Assembly: GCA_965205965.1 (NCBI GenBank) | Contig: CBDBHT010000004.1 | Location: 49,037 to 113,036, forward strand | Reading direction: 5' to 3' | DNA length: 64,000 bases | Source: Candidatus Azotimanducaceae bacterium | GTDB taxonomy: Bacteria; Pseudomonadota; Gammaproteobacteria; Pseudomonadales; Azotimanducaceae | Shown here: piece after piece, positions 21,705 to 32,029 of the stretch | Numbering within the stretch: position 1 is the stretch's first letter | Layout of the letters: each line of letters opens with the position of its first letter | Notes under the pieces: generated by a model | Told to the model about the DNA's origin: nothing | The model's input: the letters and a program-made list of their open reading frames with translations, nothing else | Databases searched by the model: none | Position numbers and translations under genes: made by a program

Positions 21705-23190
21705 GTGCGGATCTTCGTTGGGAGGGCAGCGATCATGAGACGTTTCGAGTATGCCTTGCGGTTGGACGAGACGCCGATCGGTGAGATCAAGATTAACGTG
21801 AAATCACGGGATGACATTCCGGCGTTGCTGTTGGGATTGCAGAATCTGTACGTGTCGTGTCGAGAGGAATTGGAAGCGTCACTGGGTTGCCATGTGACAG
21901 CGGATCGGGATCCGGAGAACGGTCGGCCGGGGATGACGCTCTGGCGGGTTCTGGTGATGGCGGTGCTCAAGCAGGGTTTGGATTGCGACTACGAGACCGT
22001 CTGGGGGAGTTGGTGAACCATCACCGGTGGTACGGAAGATGCTGCAGCATGGGTTTCTGGATGACTGGACGTTACTCGGTTCGCACCTTGCAGGACAACG
22101 TGTCGCTGGTGACGCCGGCGTTGCTACAGGAGTTGAATGCGCTGCTGGTACGGGGGGGGGGGGAGGGTCATGCGGTGGCGGGAAAGTCGCCTGGAACCGC
22201 CTTGGACGGTCGGATTGACTCGTTCGTAGTGGAGACGGACGTGCATTACCCGACGGACGTGAACCTGCTGTGGGATGCGATGCGGGTGTTGCTGACGGAG
22301 GTTTCGGTCTGTTGCGGATCGCATGAGGTGTCAGGATGGCGGCAGGGGCAGTACTGGCGGAGCCAGGTTCGGCAGGGCTATCAACGGGTGAGCCGCACGC
22401 GGTTGTGGTGCCGACGACGCCCGAAGGCGGTGGCGGCGTGGTTGACCCTGTGCAGCGATCTGACGGGGCGTCTGGGCGACACGCTAGAGGAGAGCTGGAA
22501 GGATTGCCGGAGGGCTCGGTGACGCCGGCGCAGCTGTCGCGATGGCACTGGTTTCACGCCTGCTCGGTGCGTTTGCAGGATCAGATCCGCCGTCGCGTGC
22601 TGGAAGGGGAAACGATCCCGCACGAGGAGAAGCTATTTTCGCTGTTCGAGCCGCATACGCGTTGGATCATGGAGGGCAAGGCTGGCCGGCCGGTGGAGCT
22701 GGGGGGTCCCCTGACGGTACTGGAAGATCAACATCAGTTCATCCTGGGTTGGCACTTGCAGTGGCATGGCGGCGATGTGGACGTGGCCGTTCCGCTGGTG
22801 GCGGCATGCCAGGCACAGTATCCGGAGTTGCACGGATGCAGTTTCGACCGGGGGTTCCACAGCCCCGCCAACCAACAGCAACTGGCCGCGGTGCTGGAGC
22901 ACGTCGCGTTGCCCGCGAAGGGGCGAGGCACGGAGGCCAGTCGTGCCCGGGAAGGTAAAGCATCGTTCGTGGCGCGACGCCGGCGGCATCCGGGCGTGGA
23001 ATCGGCGATCCATGCGTTGGAAAGTCATGGCTTGGACCGGGTGCGCACGCAGGGCCGGGAAGGCTTCGAACGCACCGTGGGTATCTCGATCCTCGCAGCC
23101 AACCTGCACCGACTCGGACGCTTGCTGCAGCAACGGGCGGCGCGGCGGTACCATCGCACGCACGCACCACCCTATCGTTTGGCGGCCTAG
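21705..23190 (+). pseudogene. DDE transposase of the 1.8-kb IS, multiple frameshifts
   Basis: ORFs 21705-22016, 21857-22522 and 22336-23190 are colinear pieces (VVETDVHYPTD, CSFDRGFHSP, HPGVESAIHALESHGLDR). The frameshift positions differ from those in copy 2. Confidence 0.75.
22152..22163. repeat. G12 homopolymer inside the transposase reading frame
   Basis: GTACGGGGGGGGGGGGAGGG here versus GTACGGGAGGG at the same place in copy 2 (about 41496). It adds an in-frame GGG tripeptide. Confidence 0.85.
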
Positions 23191-23471
23191 CCGTCCCATC
23201 CTCAATATCCATCTTTCCCGCCCCTCGGGACGGACTCCGCACGCCCCGAAAGCGAGCAGGAGAACATCATCCGCACTTTTGGAGGCCCCGATGGGCGGAT
23301 GACCCGTCGTACATCTCCTAAATCAACATGATCCCCTGAGTGGCGGATACCATCACGTGGCTTAAACCCATCGTAAAATGGGGTTTTCCCGCAGATACTA
23401 GCTAGTCGATTTATTGATTCATTTTTTAGAAATCAAAGTTGTTAGATCATCTCGAGTGCCTAAGAAACTGG

Positions 23472-24872
23472 CTACTCAATAAAAATTATTCCAGAACCAG
23501 TACCACGGATGACACGTAACTTCAGCGTTGACTCTACCCTATCGATTGCATCAACCATTGCCGTCACGGAAGATACCGGTTCCCGATTCACTTCAATGAC
23601 AATATCACCTGGCCTTAGACCGCTTCTAGCAGCGCGACTTTGAGGGTGTACAGCAGTAACTAATACGCCTTCATGCTTACCAAAGTATGGGTGGTCGCTT
23701 GGAATATCAGCAAAAGCCGTTCCAGCGAGCTGGGGTGTATGTGAATCATTCGCGAATTTTACCCATGTCCTATCACCTAGCGTCGCTTCGACCTCAACCT
23801 CACGATTATTTCTAATAACTACGATATCGACCTTTTCGCCACGGCGCATTAGCCCAATGGTAGTGTATACATCGTTATCGTTTTCAATATCTTTTCCGTT
23901 GATTTCTATGATCACGTCTTCGACTTGAATGCCGGCTTTGTGTGCAGCCGAATCCTCTAGCACTTCGAAAACGAAGGCACCTTTCTTCGACGCTAGCCCG
24001 TACTCTTTCTGTAACTCATCAGTGACTATTCCAAAACTAATACCTAGAAGACCGCGCTCTACTTTCCCATGTTCCGCGAGAATTTTGATCACGGTACTTA
24101 CTACGTTTGCAGGAATTGCGAATCCGATGCCCACACTACCGTAGTCTTGAGCAGGATATCTCCCCGGGCTTGCAATTGCAGTATTAATTCCAACTAAGTG
24201 CCCATTAAGATCCACGAGTGCACCTCCAGAATTTCCAGGATTGATAGAGGCATCGGTTTGTATAAAGTCTTCGTATTCCTCAATATTCAGGCCACTGCGA
24301 CCAAGCGCACTAACGATTCCGTAGGTAACTGTATGTCCTAAAGTAAAGGGATTCCCAATCGCAATAACGAAATCGCCAACACGAAGTTTGTCTGAATCAC
24401 TTAGTTCCAGTGCATCTAAGTTTTTAGCATCAATTCTGAGTAATGCTACATCTGTGTCTGCATCGCTGCCTAGCAATTTTGCAGGGAATTCGCGCTGATC
24501 GAGCAATTTAACTGTAATTTGTGCAGTATTTGCAATTACATGGTGATTTGTTACCACGTATCCTTTCCTTGCATCGATGATCACGCCAGAACCAATTCTG
24601 TCATTTGGGATGGTGCGACCTCTTGGATTTCCCAAAAACCAAGCTTGGGATCGTAACTCGTTCGTGGCTGAGATGTTCACAACTGCTCCGGTCACTCGTT
24701 CTAGTAGCGGTGCTAGTGTCGGATGCCCGCCACGGTTTCGTAATTCAGCAGGCCATTGAGCGAATGCTACGGAGGTCAGAAATAGTGCTAGAACATAAAC
24801 ATAAACAGTTACCGTGTCCTGTATTCTTGTTACCCGGAGATTGGTAGCAGTTGTGATTTTCTTGATCTTCAT
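23472..24872 (-). CDS. DegP/HtrA-family periplasmic serine endoprotease with two PDZ domains
   Basis: 466 aa. Signal/anchor, catalytic-triad contexts (TNHHV, DVALL, GNSGGALV) and two PDZ-like repeats. Confidence 0.9.
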   Translation of the reverse strand: MKIKKITTATNLRVTRIQDTVTVYVYVLALFLTSVAFAQWPAELRNRGGHPTLAPLLERVTGAVVNISATNELRSQAWFLGNPRGRTIPNDRIGSGVIIDARKGYVVTNHHVIANTAQITVKLLDQREFPAKLLGSDADTDVALLRIDAKNLDALELSDSDKLRVGDFVIAIGNPFTLGHTVTYGIVSALGRSGLNIEEYEDFIQTDASINPGNSGGALVDLNGHLVGINTAIASPGRYPAQDYGSVGIGFAIPANVVSTVIKILAEHGKVERGLLGISFGIVTDELQKEYGLASKKGAFVFEVLEDSAAHKAGIQVEDVIIEINGKDIENDNDVYTTIGLMRRGEKVDIVVIRNNREVEVEATLGDRTWVKFANDSHTPQLAGTAFADIPSDHPYFGKHEGVLVTAVHPQSRAARSGLRPGDIVIEVNREPVSSVTAMVDAIDRVESTLKLRVIRGTGSGIIFIE

Positions 24873-25152
24873 TGTTTAGGACTTATAAAGATAGTTAATG
24901 ATAAATTTAAGCAAATGTTCCATATTGTTTCGTATCAATCGCTAGGATTGATGTCGCTAGTACATCGTCATGGATAAGAGGTGGGTATAGACGATGTGAT
25001 TTGAATACTAAAGAAAATCCATCCTGGGCGACGATATACGCTGCCAAATCAAGACTGCATATTCCAAAATTGAGAAATAAAATGCAGTAAGCTCGTATAT
25101 TTTCAACAATTTATTGCTACACGTGAACATACATCGCACACCACGGGACCAT

Positions 25153-25452
25153 TTAAGCAAGCCTCGATTCGACACTAGCAACTTTCTCTACCATGGTCTG
25201 TTCTCGGTCAACTCGAGTCCCTAATTTTATTGTTGTTGAGATTCTTGGAACATCCATGTCGTGAAGTCGTTCATGACACCTCTTTACCGCATCAAATACG
25301 TCTTCCCACTCTCCCTCAATGTTTGTTCCGTAGGCATGTAACATGGTTGTTAGACCTGTATCTTCAAGAATATGTTCGCATTCAGCAATATATTTAGAAA
25401 CAGATACACCAACGCCCAACGGGACGACGCATAAATCAACGATTACTTTCAT
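25153..25452 (-). CDS. MTH1187/YkoF-family (DUF77) thiamine-binding-like protein
   Basis: 99 aa. MKVIVDLCVVPLGVG.S.SKYI...L......H..GT.IEGEW..V pattern typical of the family. Confidence 0.7.
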   Translation of the reverse strand: MKVIVDLCVVPLGVGVSVSKYIAECEHILEDTGLTTMLHAYGTNIEGEWEDVFDAVKRCHERLHDMDVPRISTTIKLGTRVDREQTMVEKVASVESRLA

Positions 25453-25821
25453 AATGCAATATTAACACGTGCGCTATTTGCCGATTTTTCAAGTTAAGTA
25501 CACGAGCTATTGGGCTTGGATAGCAGTTTTCTTTTTACCTATAGGTATGTCTATTTATTCCTTGATCCAGTGTATTTTATAGGGCACATTCGAGCTTAGA
25601 CCTAGTCGTCCTGACCGAGTTTCTTCGGAGGGTCTTGATGAACGGATCGAACCTGTTTGAACGGGCATTCCAAGACGTAGCACTTGGCAGTCTGCACCGT
25701 AGAAATGTGGGAGTACTCTTTAATAGGATCAATTTCTTGGAATGTACCAGCATGAGGTGTGTAATTTCTATTCTAATCTAGTTGTAAGTTATTTATTCTA
25801 AAAAATGTTCTGGAATTTTTC

Positions 25822-26282
25822 TGCAGCGCAAGACTGCGGCGCGTGATTAGCAAACGTGACTGATAATCCATCCTCGCCTGCCTTTGGGTTCGGTCCAAGG
25901 CGCGAACCTGTCCTGCAGAAAGCCTCGCTCCATAGTCCATTCCCCAACTCTTGCGATGCCGCGCATCCGGAGCCGGAGATGCCCCGGAATCGGCTGGCTT
26001 GCCCTTACGCTCGAACACCGCTGATCCTCTTCCTCCAGCAACTGCTTCTTCCAGTGCCGGGTCTGCGATGCGTGAAGTGCGAACCGCGACGACAGCTCCG
26101 CCAGCGTTGCTCCCCTTGCACAGCTGCCAACGCCCCTGCCTTGGAAGATGAACGCAGGCGCATGCCACCGGCGACCCGTTTGCTTATCATATAGTGCCCC
26201 CGTTCATTCGCATGACAGTGTCGCGGCGCATACATCTTAAGCCATCATCGAAAACTGTCTCATTTTGCGGCACCATTTCTCA
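25822..26282 (-). mobile_element. IS3-family solo 5' fragment (orfA part only)
   Basis: The reverse complement of 26150-26282 aligns with the left ends at 13106 and 45409 (TGAGAAATGGTGCCGCAAAATGAGAC..). OrfA-like ..SAVFERKGKPADSG..RKSWGMDYGARLSAGQ.. is present. Homology stops near 25822. Confidence 0.7.
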
Positions 26283-26741
26283 ACACCGACAATTTCCACG
26301 GCAAATCTACAATTCTGCCGTAGGAGAAGCGTGCATGGTCTTCGACAGAAAGATATAAATGGAGGCAAACGTTTATTAGGATTAATGCCACCAGCGCATG
26401 ATGCAGTTTGTCCAGTCGACCAGTTCGGTATCTGATCTGCAAGTGTGAACCTGCTACATCTTCAATTCAACACGGTGTTGCTCGGCACGTTTATGGCACA
26501 AGCTTCATAAATACCTTGACGCATGCGCCTATCGATACAGCCGTCGGTTCTGGGAATCACAACTAGCGATCGGTCATAAGCATGTTCTTTTTTAAGAAGG
26601 CCGAGATTCAGTTTTATCCACGGTACTAAAGATAGTTTACAGTAATCTAAATACCTACCATATTGCATTCATCAATACAAATACGAAGTTTCTCTTTTCG
26701 CTCCATACACTCTATAGAAGACAAGATATCCCATAAGCGAC

Positions 26742-27824
26742 TCACTGGCCGGCTTCCAGAGTTACACTTTTTATTAAGGCATAGACTTCATCACCAACTG
26801 TCAATTGTAGGTCAGTGACTGCTTTTCTAGTAACACGTGAACGAATACGTTCTTCACCAACGCGTAGAAGTAATTCAGCGGAGGACTCGTTAGGCGATAT
26901 ATCCAAGGAGATGATAGTACTCCTGAGAACATTTTGGATGCTTATTCCTATCGGTTGCTGAAGTGCAATAGAAACGTCACGTGCTCGGACCCGAATGCGT
27001 AGCTTGTGGCCAACTTTGTATTGGTTAGCTAAGGGAACGAGCAAAGAAGCACCGTTTAGCTGAAGAGTACTTAACCGATATTCATAGTCATGTGCTGAGA
27101 TTGTTGCATTCACTACAGAACCCGCTTCATATCGCCCTGTTAAGGATTGTAGATCAAGTCCCTCCAGAATCTCTGAAGTTGATCCAGTCGTGACGACTTT
27201 GCCCTCATTTAACACGATCATGGCATCAGACAACGTAGCAACTTCGTCTACCGAATGAGTTACAAGTAAAGTAGGGATTGCAAACGATTTGGCAAACGTA
27301 TCTATATATGGTATGATTTCTGTCTTCCTTTCTATGTCCACAGCAGACAATGGCTCGTCTAGAAGCAAGAGTTGAGGGTTCATAAGAAACGTTCGAGCGA
27401 GCGCGACGCGTTGTGTTTCGCCACCAGATAATTCATCTGGATAGCGATCAACTAACGTACTGAGATCAAATTTTTCAATAACTTCATTGAGTTCGCAAGG
27501 TCCTTCAGACAAGCCAAAGCATCTGATAGGATATCTAAGATTCTCCATGACTCGAAAATGACTAAACAATCTACTGTTTTGGAACAAATAACCAACTCGC
27601 CGTCGATGAGGGGCTACGTTGATATTTTTTCTACTATCGAACCATGTCTCTCCATCTAATTTGACGTAGCCAGTTGGATTTTCAAATCCTGCTATGGTTC
27701 GAAGCAACATAGTTTTACCACTTCCGCTAGGGCCATACAGAGCCGTAACACCTTGCGTTGCAATCTTTGCTTCAACATGCAAGTTGAAATTTGCAAAAGA
27801 CACCGAACAATTCAATTCAAGCAC
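26742..27824 (-). CDS. modC: molybdate ABC transporter ATP-binding protein
   Basis: Walker A GPSGSGKT, LSGGETQRVALAR, LLLDEP, plus a C-terminal double TOBE/Mop-type region. It shares strand with modA and modB. Confidence 0.88.
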   Translation of the reverse strand: MLELNCSVSFANFNLHVEAKIATQGVTALYGPSGSGKTMLLRTIAGFENPTGYVKLDGETWFDSRKNINVAPHRRRVGYLFQNSRLFSHFRVMENLRYPIRCFGLSEGPCELNEVIEKFDLSTLVDRYPDELSGGETQRVALARTFLMNPQLLLLDEPLSAVDIERKTEIIPYIDTFAKSFAIPTLLVTHSVDEVATLSDAMIVLNEGKVVTTGSTSEILEGLDLQSLTGRYEAGSVVNATISAHDYEYRLSTLQLNGASLLVPLANQYKVGHKLRIRVRARDVSIALQQPIGISIQNVLRSTIISLDISPNESSAELLLRVGEERIRSRVTRKAVTDLQLTVGDEVYALIKSVTLEAGQ

Positions 27825-28264
27825 GACTGAATAATCTTACTATCGAAGCGCAACTGGTTACGTAAACTATCAAATTTATTGAAATTTTTAACATATCCCT
27901 AGCGACCAATATGTTTCTATGGCATTATGAGGCTCTAATTCATTAACCACGACTAATGTTTCAAATCGAACTGCAAATCTCAAAGATGTTTATCTTTACC
28001 ACCGTAATTACAACTAAACATTCCTAGTCTGAATTCACTGTCTGACTGAACCCGACCTACAACATATGATGATGGTTACAATGAGTTGGCGATAGTTGAA
28101 TGTTGTATCAAAGTGGCAATATATATACAAATTTGCATAAGTCTTGGGTCGTCCGGCAATGATAAGCTATGCACCTGCGCGAATGTTCGTACAAAGTGCA
28201 GTATCTCAGAATGATGGATAGAGCCATGGATGAGGTCAGTTACTGGACACGGATAATGAATTTT

Positions 28265-28741
28265 CTATCGAGCTGTACGTAATAGTGCCGTCTTCAAATC
28301 CTTGTGAAAATTCGATGCTGACCTATGGGCGTGCTGTATCCTTTCCGATTCTGTTACGTATTTTCTATATTCTTTTTTGGAATAGTCACAGTAAAGATCA
28401 ATATCACTTGCGGACTTCAAGACTGGCCACTTTTCCAAAAAACCAGGAATATACACGTCGTCCTGTGAAAAACTGGCCATGCGGAGCCCCTTTTCTGAAC
28501 CTACTCCAATTTCCCAAGGTACCCACCACGCCTCCGATGTTTCATTTGAAAGTACAGCAATGAGATGCTGACACTCCTCCATCCGGTCCAGCAGGTAGCG
28601 CGTCAGTTCTGGACCCTCCATGTTAAGGGCACGATCCATGGATTCCAGGTGGGTTTCCAACCTGTTCGATCGCACTTGACATGCTACCCACTCTGCCACG
28701 TCCTTTTCAGTGCTTTTGTGAGGAATGAGAATATTAATCAT
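28265..28741 (-). CDS. standalone TIR-like (DUF1863/TIR_2-like) domain protein
   Basis: 158 aa. N-terminal beta-strand INILIPHKSTEKDVAEWV, then HLIAVLSNETSEAWWVPWEIGVG. This resembles the TIR core (vvvllS...s.Wv..Ei) including the putative catalytic Glu. It has no detectable partner gene. Confidence 0.5.
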   Translation of the reverse strand: MINILIPHKSTEKDVAEWVACQVRSNRLETHLESMDRALNMEGPELTRYLLDRMEECQHLIAVLSNETSEAWWVPWEIGVGSEKGLRMASFSQDDVYIPGFLEKWPVLKSASDIDLYCDYSKKEYRKYVTESERIQHAHRSASNFHKDLKTALLRTAR

Positions 28742-29469
28742 ACGTTAACCTACATTCGATGCCACTTGGCTAAACGGCGGTAGTGCCCCCGTCTGGAGGT
28801 GGGCCAATCTACCCTTGCCCGAACACACGACACATGCCATGTATGGAGCCTGTGATACAGGCATGACCAAATCCTCTACCTTATCTATCGCAGTCCTGAA
28901 AACTCTTCATAAATGGCCTCATGTCGCTGTTTTACTTCAACGTCAAATAAACATATGGGTTCCTCGTTCCAATCAAGTATGTGGACTTAGATTGAGCATG
29001 CATGCACATTCAGGCATAAAAGACTATGTCGCTCCGAGAGGCTAACGAATCAATCCATACGAGGCCAAAAATTCAAAATATAAGAATTTTTTACGAATTT
29101 TTGAATGAGACTAAATCAGCTGGGAAAGACTACTCAAGTTAATGCGTGACGCGCTATATTTTGGTATAATACACAATGCTGGCCCGTCAATATTTGACTA
29201 GGCTATGATATTGAATTCAATATGAATTATTATGTTTTTAATAAAAAATACTACGTAGACAACTTATATTATCCACGCTTTTTGATCTACATAGCAACCC
29301 TAGCCCTTACTCGAACGGCTAAGCTTTTGAGTAACATACCAATCCTTAGTATTTCCAAATTGCCTACGAGTACTGCCAACCCTGCCAATGCTAGACAATG
29401 CAATGTAAACCGTTTAGGTTCATATTTTCAAGAATAATCATATGTAATTTTTACCAATAATATATGCAG

Positions 29470-30141
29470 CTACTTATTTGTATAACTTTTCTTACTTTTG
29501 TAAACAATGAGTAAAACGGAAAAAGAAAAAGCAAGGAGTACACCTGATAACAGGTGCGCTTCAAAGTAGTGCAGTGTTTCAACATGTTCATAAATAGCAA
29601 TTGACATGACTCGTGTCTCCCCCGGAATATTCCCGCCAACCATAAGTACGACACCAAACTCTCCCACGGTATGTGCGAAAGAGAGTACGATGGCCGTTAA
29701 GAAACCGCGAGCAGATTGAGGAATTGCAATCGTTACGAAAGCAATAAATTTGTTTGCACCCAGACTGGCGGCCGTTTCCATCATACTTTTAGGGATTGCT
29801 TCAAATGCAGTTTGAAGCGGCTGTACCATAAAAGGCAGTGAATAGATAACCGATGCCACTACTAGGCCGCTAAACGAAAAAGTCAGAGTATGTCCGGTCA
29901 CTTCCAGCAATAAAGATCCCACTGGAGCAGTAGGATTAAATAGAATAAGAAGATAGAAGCCTAGCACCGTTGGTGGAAGTACTAAGGGAAGTGCCGTAAA
30001 TGTTTCCACTACGGGCTTAAACCACGATTTGCTATTTGCAAGCCACCAAGCAATCAATGTTCCGATAAACAAGAGTACGAGTGTCGTTACAAACGCTAGA
30101 TGAAGCGTTATCCACAACGTACCTAAATCTTCTGCGTTCAA
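29470..30141 (-). CDS. modB: molybdate ABC transporter permease
   Basis: 223 aa, five to six TM helices, EAA-type loop (METAASLGANKFIAFVTIAIPQSARG). It overlaps the modA stop by 4 nt. Confidence 0.88.
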   Translation of the reverse strand: MNAEDLGTLWITLHLAFVTTLVLLFIGTLIAWWLANSKSWFKPVVETFTALPLVLPPTVLGFYLLILFNPTAPVGSLLLEVTGHTLTFSFSGLVVASVIYSLPFMVQPLQTAFEAIPKSMMETAASLGANKFIAFVTIAIPQSARGFLTAIVLSFAHTVGEFGVVLMVGGNIPGETRVMSIAIYEHVETLHYFEAHLLSGVLLAFSFSVLLIVYKSKKSYTNK

Positions 30142-30923
30142 GGCAGTCTATAGCCATAGGAAGAAATAACGTCTTTTGCTACTTTACTGCTAAGAAACGC
30201 AAAGAATTCTCGTGCTGCGTCATTCGATTGACTGCGGCTAATTAACAATGCGTTCTGTTGTATTGGCGTATAAAGATATTCAGGAACCGGGATAATCACC
30301 AAGCGTTTCTTTGGCTTATTGTTTGCATGTAAAGACGCCGCCGAAAAACCCGCCTGAGCGTTACTGCTAGCAACCATTGCATACGATTGCCCGACATTTT
30401 CAACGGTAATGATTTTGGTTCGCAAAAACGAAGTTACGTTCAAGGCATCAAGTACCTCCTGAGCGGCGCGACCGTACGGTGCAAGGTCTGGGTTAGGAAC
30501 AACAAGATGGCGTAATTTGACTGCTTGTAAAATGGATCTTAAATCATTGGATTCCACGAGTTGCAGGTCACACGCTAGTACCAACTGGCCGTAGGCGTAA
30601 GCTTTATGCCATTCGTGATTACCCATTCCCAAATGAATCAATTTATCGGTGTATTTAACATCAGCAGCTAGGAAAATATCGTATGGGCTACCGTGCACGA
30701 TCTGAGCGAAAATCTTCCCGGTTGATCCTGTACTTACCAAAATTTGGTGGGGATATATCAATTCGAATTTAGTCTTGAGCGCATCCATCGGAATACGGAA
30801 ATTGGTAGCTACTGCGACGTGCGCAGTTCCAGCGAGTGCAATCCGTGTTATTTCTAATAGGACGGCAGCGAACACCAGTAATGAAAATTGCATAGATGTA
30901 ATGTAAGAGATTCGAGTTGTCAT
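30138..30923 (-). CDS. modA: molybdate ABC transporter periplasmic binding protein
   Basis: 261 aa. Signal peptide, VSTGSTGKIFAQI..GSPYDIFLAAD and APYGRAAQEVL motifs typical of ModA. Confidence 0.85.
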   Translation of the reverse strand: MTTRISYITSMQFSLLVFAAVLLEITRIALAGTAHVAVATNFRIPMDALKTKFELIYPHQILVSTGSTGKIFAQIVHGSPYDIFLAADVKYTDKLIHLGMGNHEWHKAYAYGQLVLACDLQLVESNDLRSILQAVKLRHLVVPNPDLAPYGRAAQEVLDALNVTSFLRTKIITVENVGQSYAMVASSNAQAGFSAASLHANNKPKKRLVIIPVPEYLYTPIQQNALLISRSQSNDAAREFFAFLSSKVAKDVISSYGYRLP

Positions 30924-31130
30924 ATAAGAACATCAGAAAATTAACTGTTCATGGCATCTTCTCTTAGTTCCGCCGAATTTTTCGAATGCTCATGGGAGTA
31001 GTCAATTCTGAGCGTGGCTGGATCGGAGCCATTTCATCCTATTCGATTCGCTTGCGCGGTAGCTTGTGACGCTCATCAAGGTGCGGGGTAGCCTGGATCC
31101 ATTTGTTCGCACCGTTGGGAGACTTGCCAG

Positions 31131-31361
31131 TCGGCGACCAGTAATTTCCAGCGAGTTGTGAACTGCTGGTTTTAATAGGACTTCCGGCTGTTTTCGTCTC
31201 ATGGTTTTCGCGAACTTTTGTCATTTTCCGGGCTGTATAAATTGGGGCACGTCATCAAACTGGAGTGAAAAGATTTAGATAAATCAAAGAAATGCTCACC
31301 CATCTTTTGAACACACTGCCAGTATTCAGACATTTGCTCACTGGAAATTACTGGTCGGCGA
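31131..31361. repeat. 21-nt inverted repeat pair flanking a 189-bp segment
   Basis: TCGGCGACCAGTAATTTCCAG (31131-31151) and CTGGAAATTACTGGTCGGCGA (31341-31361) are reverse complements with one central mismatch. Confidence 0.8.
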
Positions 31362-31600
31362 CACGCCCCAGCTTGAACATCATATGCCATGCCCCCTCGT
31401 GTGACAAACAGCCCTTGGTACGCCGCATGCGGTACCGGCGGCGATGAGGCGAGATGCGCCAGCAGCGTTGGCATGCTTTGCAGGGGCGGTCCGCGGCGGC
31501 GACTCCGGCTCCGTTTAGCCTTCGCCGAGGGGGACAGCTATGCGGGATCCAGCGGATGGTCGCCCCGTGTGCTGCGTTCCTCGTCCTCATACAGCAAAGG

Positions 31601-31971
31601 GCAGGGCAATCGCATTTGAAATTTACTCAAGCTGCAGGGTGGCGCGAACCATGTCCAGGAGGGAAGTCAAGGCATCGTGACTCGGAATGCCGTGTTCAAG
31701 CCGCAGAAACTGACGCAGAAATCTCTCTTTCGCCCGGCCAAAGCACTCCATGTCCACGCATCCCTCGCCACTGGACAGTGCCGACAGCAGGGCAATCAGC
31801 CGCTTCTTCTGCAAATCATGGCACGTCGCGTTGCTTTGCCGTGGCTCCTCAACTTCATGAAATAGCAGGGAAACATCCAGCATCCCGTTCTCCGTCCCTG
31901 GAATCGGCGACGGAGTCTGACACAGGCGGACACGCCAATCAAACACAAAATTTCAAATGCGATTGCCCTGC
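31601..31971 (-). mobile_element. ISAs1-family-derived MITE-like deletion derivative (371 bp)
   Basis: Perfect 24-bp terminal IRs GCAGGGCAATCGCATTTGAAATTT (31601-31624; reverse complement at 31948-31971). It is flanked by an 8-bp direct repeat AGCAAAGG (31593-31600 and 31972-31979). The interior ORF 31623-31946 encodes only the ISAs1 N-terminal domain (..RLIALLSALSSGEGCVDMECFGRAKERFLRQFLRLEHGIPSHDALTSLL). Confidence 0.8.
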
Positions 31972-32029
31972 AGCAAAGGTGCACATGCGCGGCGCAGATG
32001 ATACTACAGATCATAGGCCAGCATGCACG

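Larger units (their letters stand above)
21558..23400 (+). mobile_element. 1.8-kb IS5/IS1182-like insertion sequence, copy 1 (family tentative)
   Basis: Termini TAGTGTCTGTGCGAAAACCC (21558-) and the reverse complement TAGTATCTGCGGGAAAACCCC (-23400). It is flanked by a GC dinucleotide on both sides (21556-57, 23401-02). It is about 95% similar by eye to 40906-42727. Confidence 0.8.

Noticed and set aside
21557-23401. A 4-bp CTAG target duplication (classic IS5 behaviour) for the 1.8-kb IS.
   Set aside because: It fits copy 1 (CTAG/CTAG) but not copy 2 (CTAG versus CTAA). A model with TAG..CTA termini and a 2-bp duplication (GC in copy 1, AC in copy 2) fits both copies. It also exactly explains the displaced TA of the neighbouring IS630.
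28265-28741. Calling the TIR-like gene a Thoeris (ThsB) system.
   Set aside because: No ThsA-like (SIR2/Macro-SLOG) or any other effector gene lies within several kb, and the flanks are non-coding. It is reported only as an orphan TIR-like gene.
30924-31130. Possible molybdenum-cofactor (Moco) riboswitch upstream of modA.
   Set aside because: On the minus strand there is a GGTGCG..CGCACC stem and a GGCTCCGATCCAGCC stretch vaguely reminiscent of the Moco motif. I cannot reproduce the conserved core from memory or fold it convincingly. It needs an Rfam RF01055 covariance-model scan.
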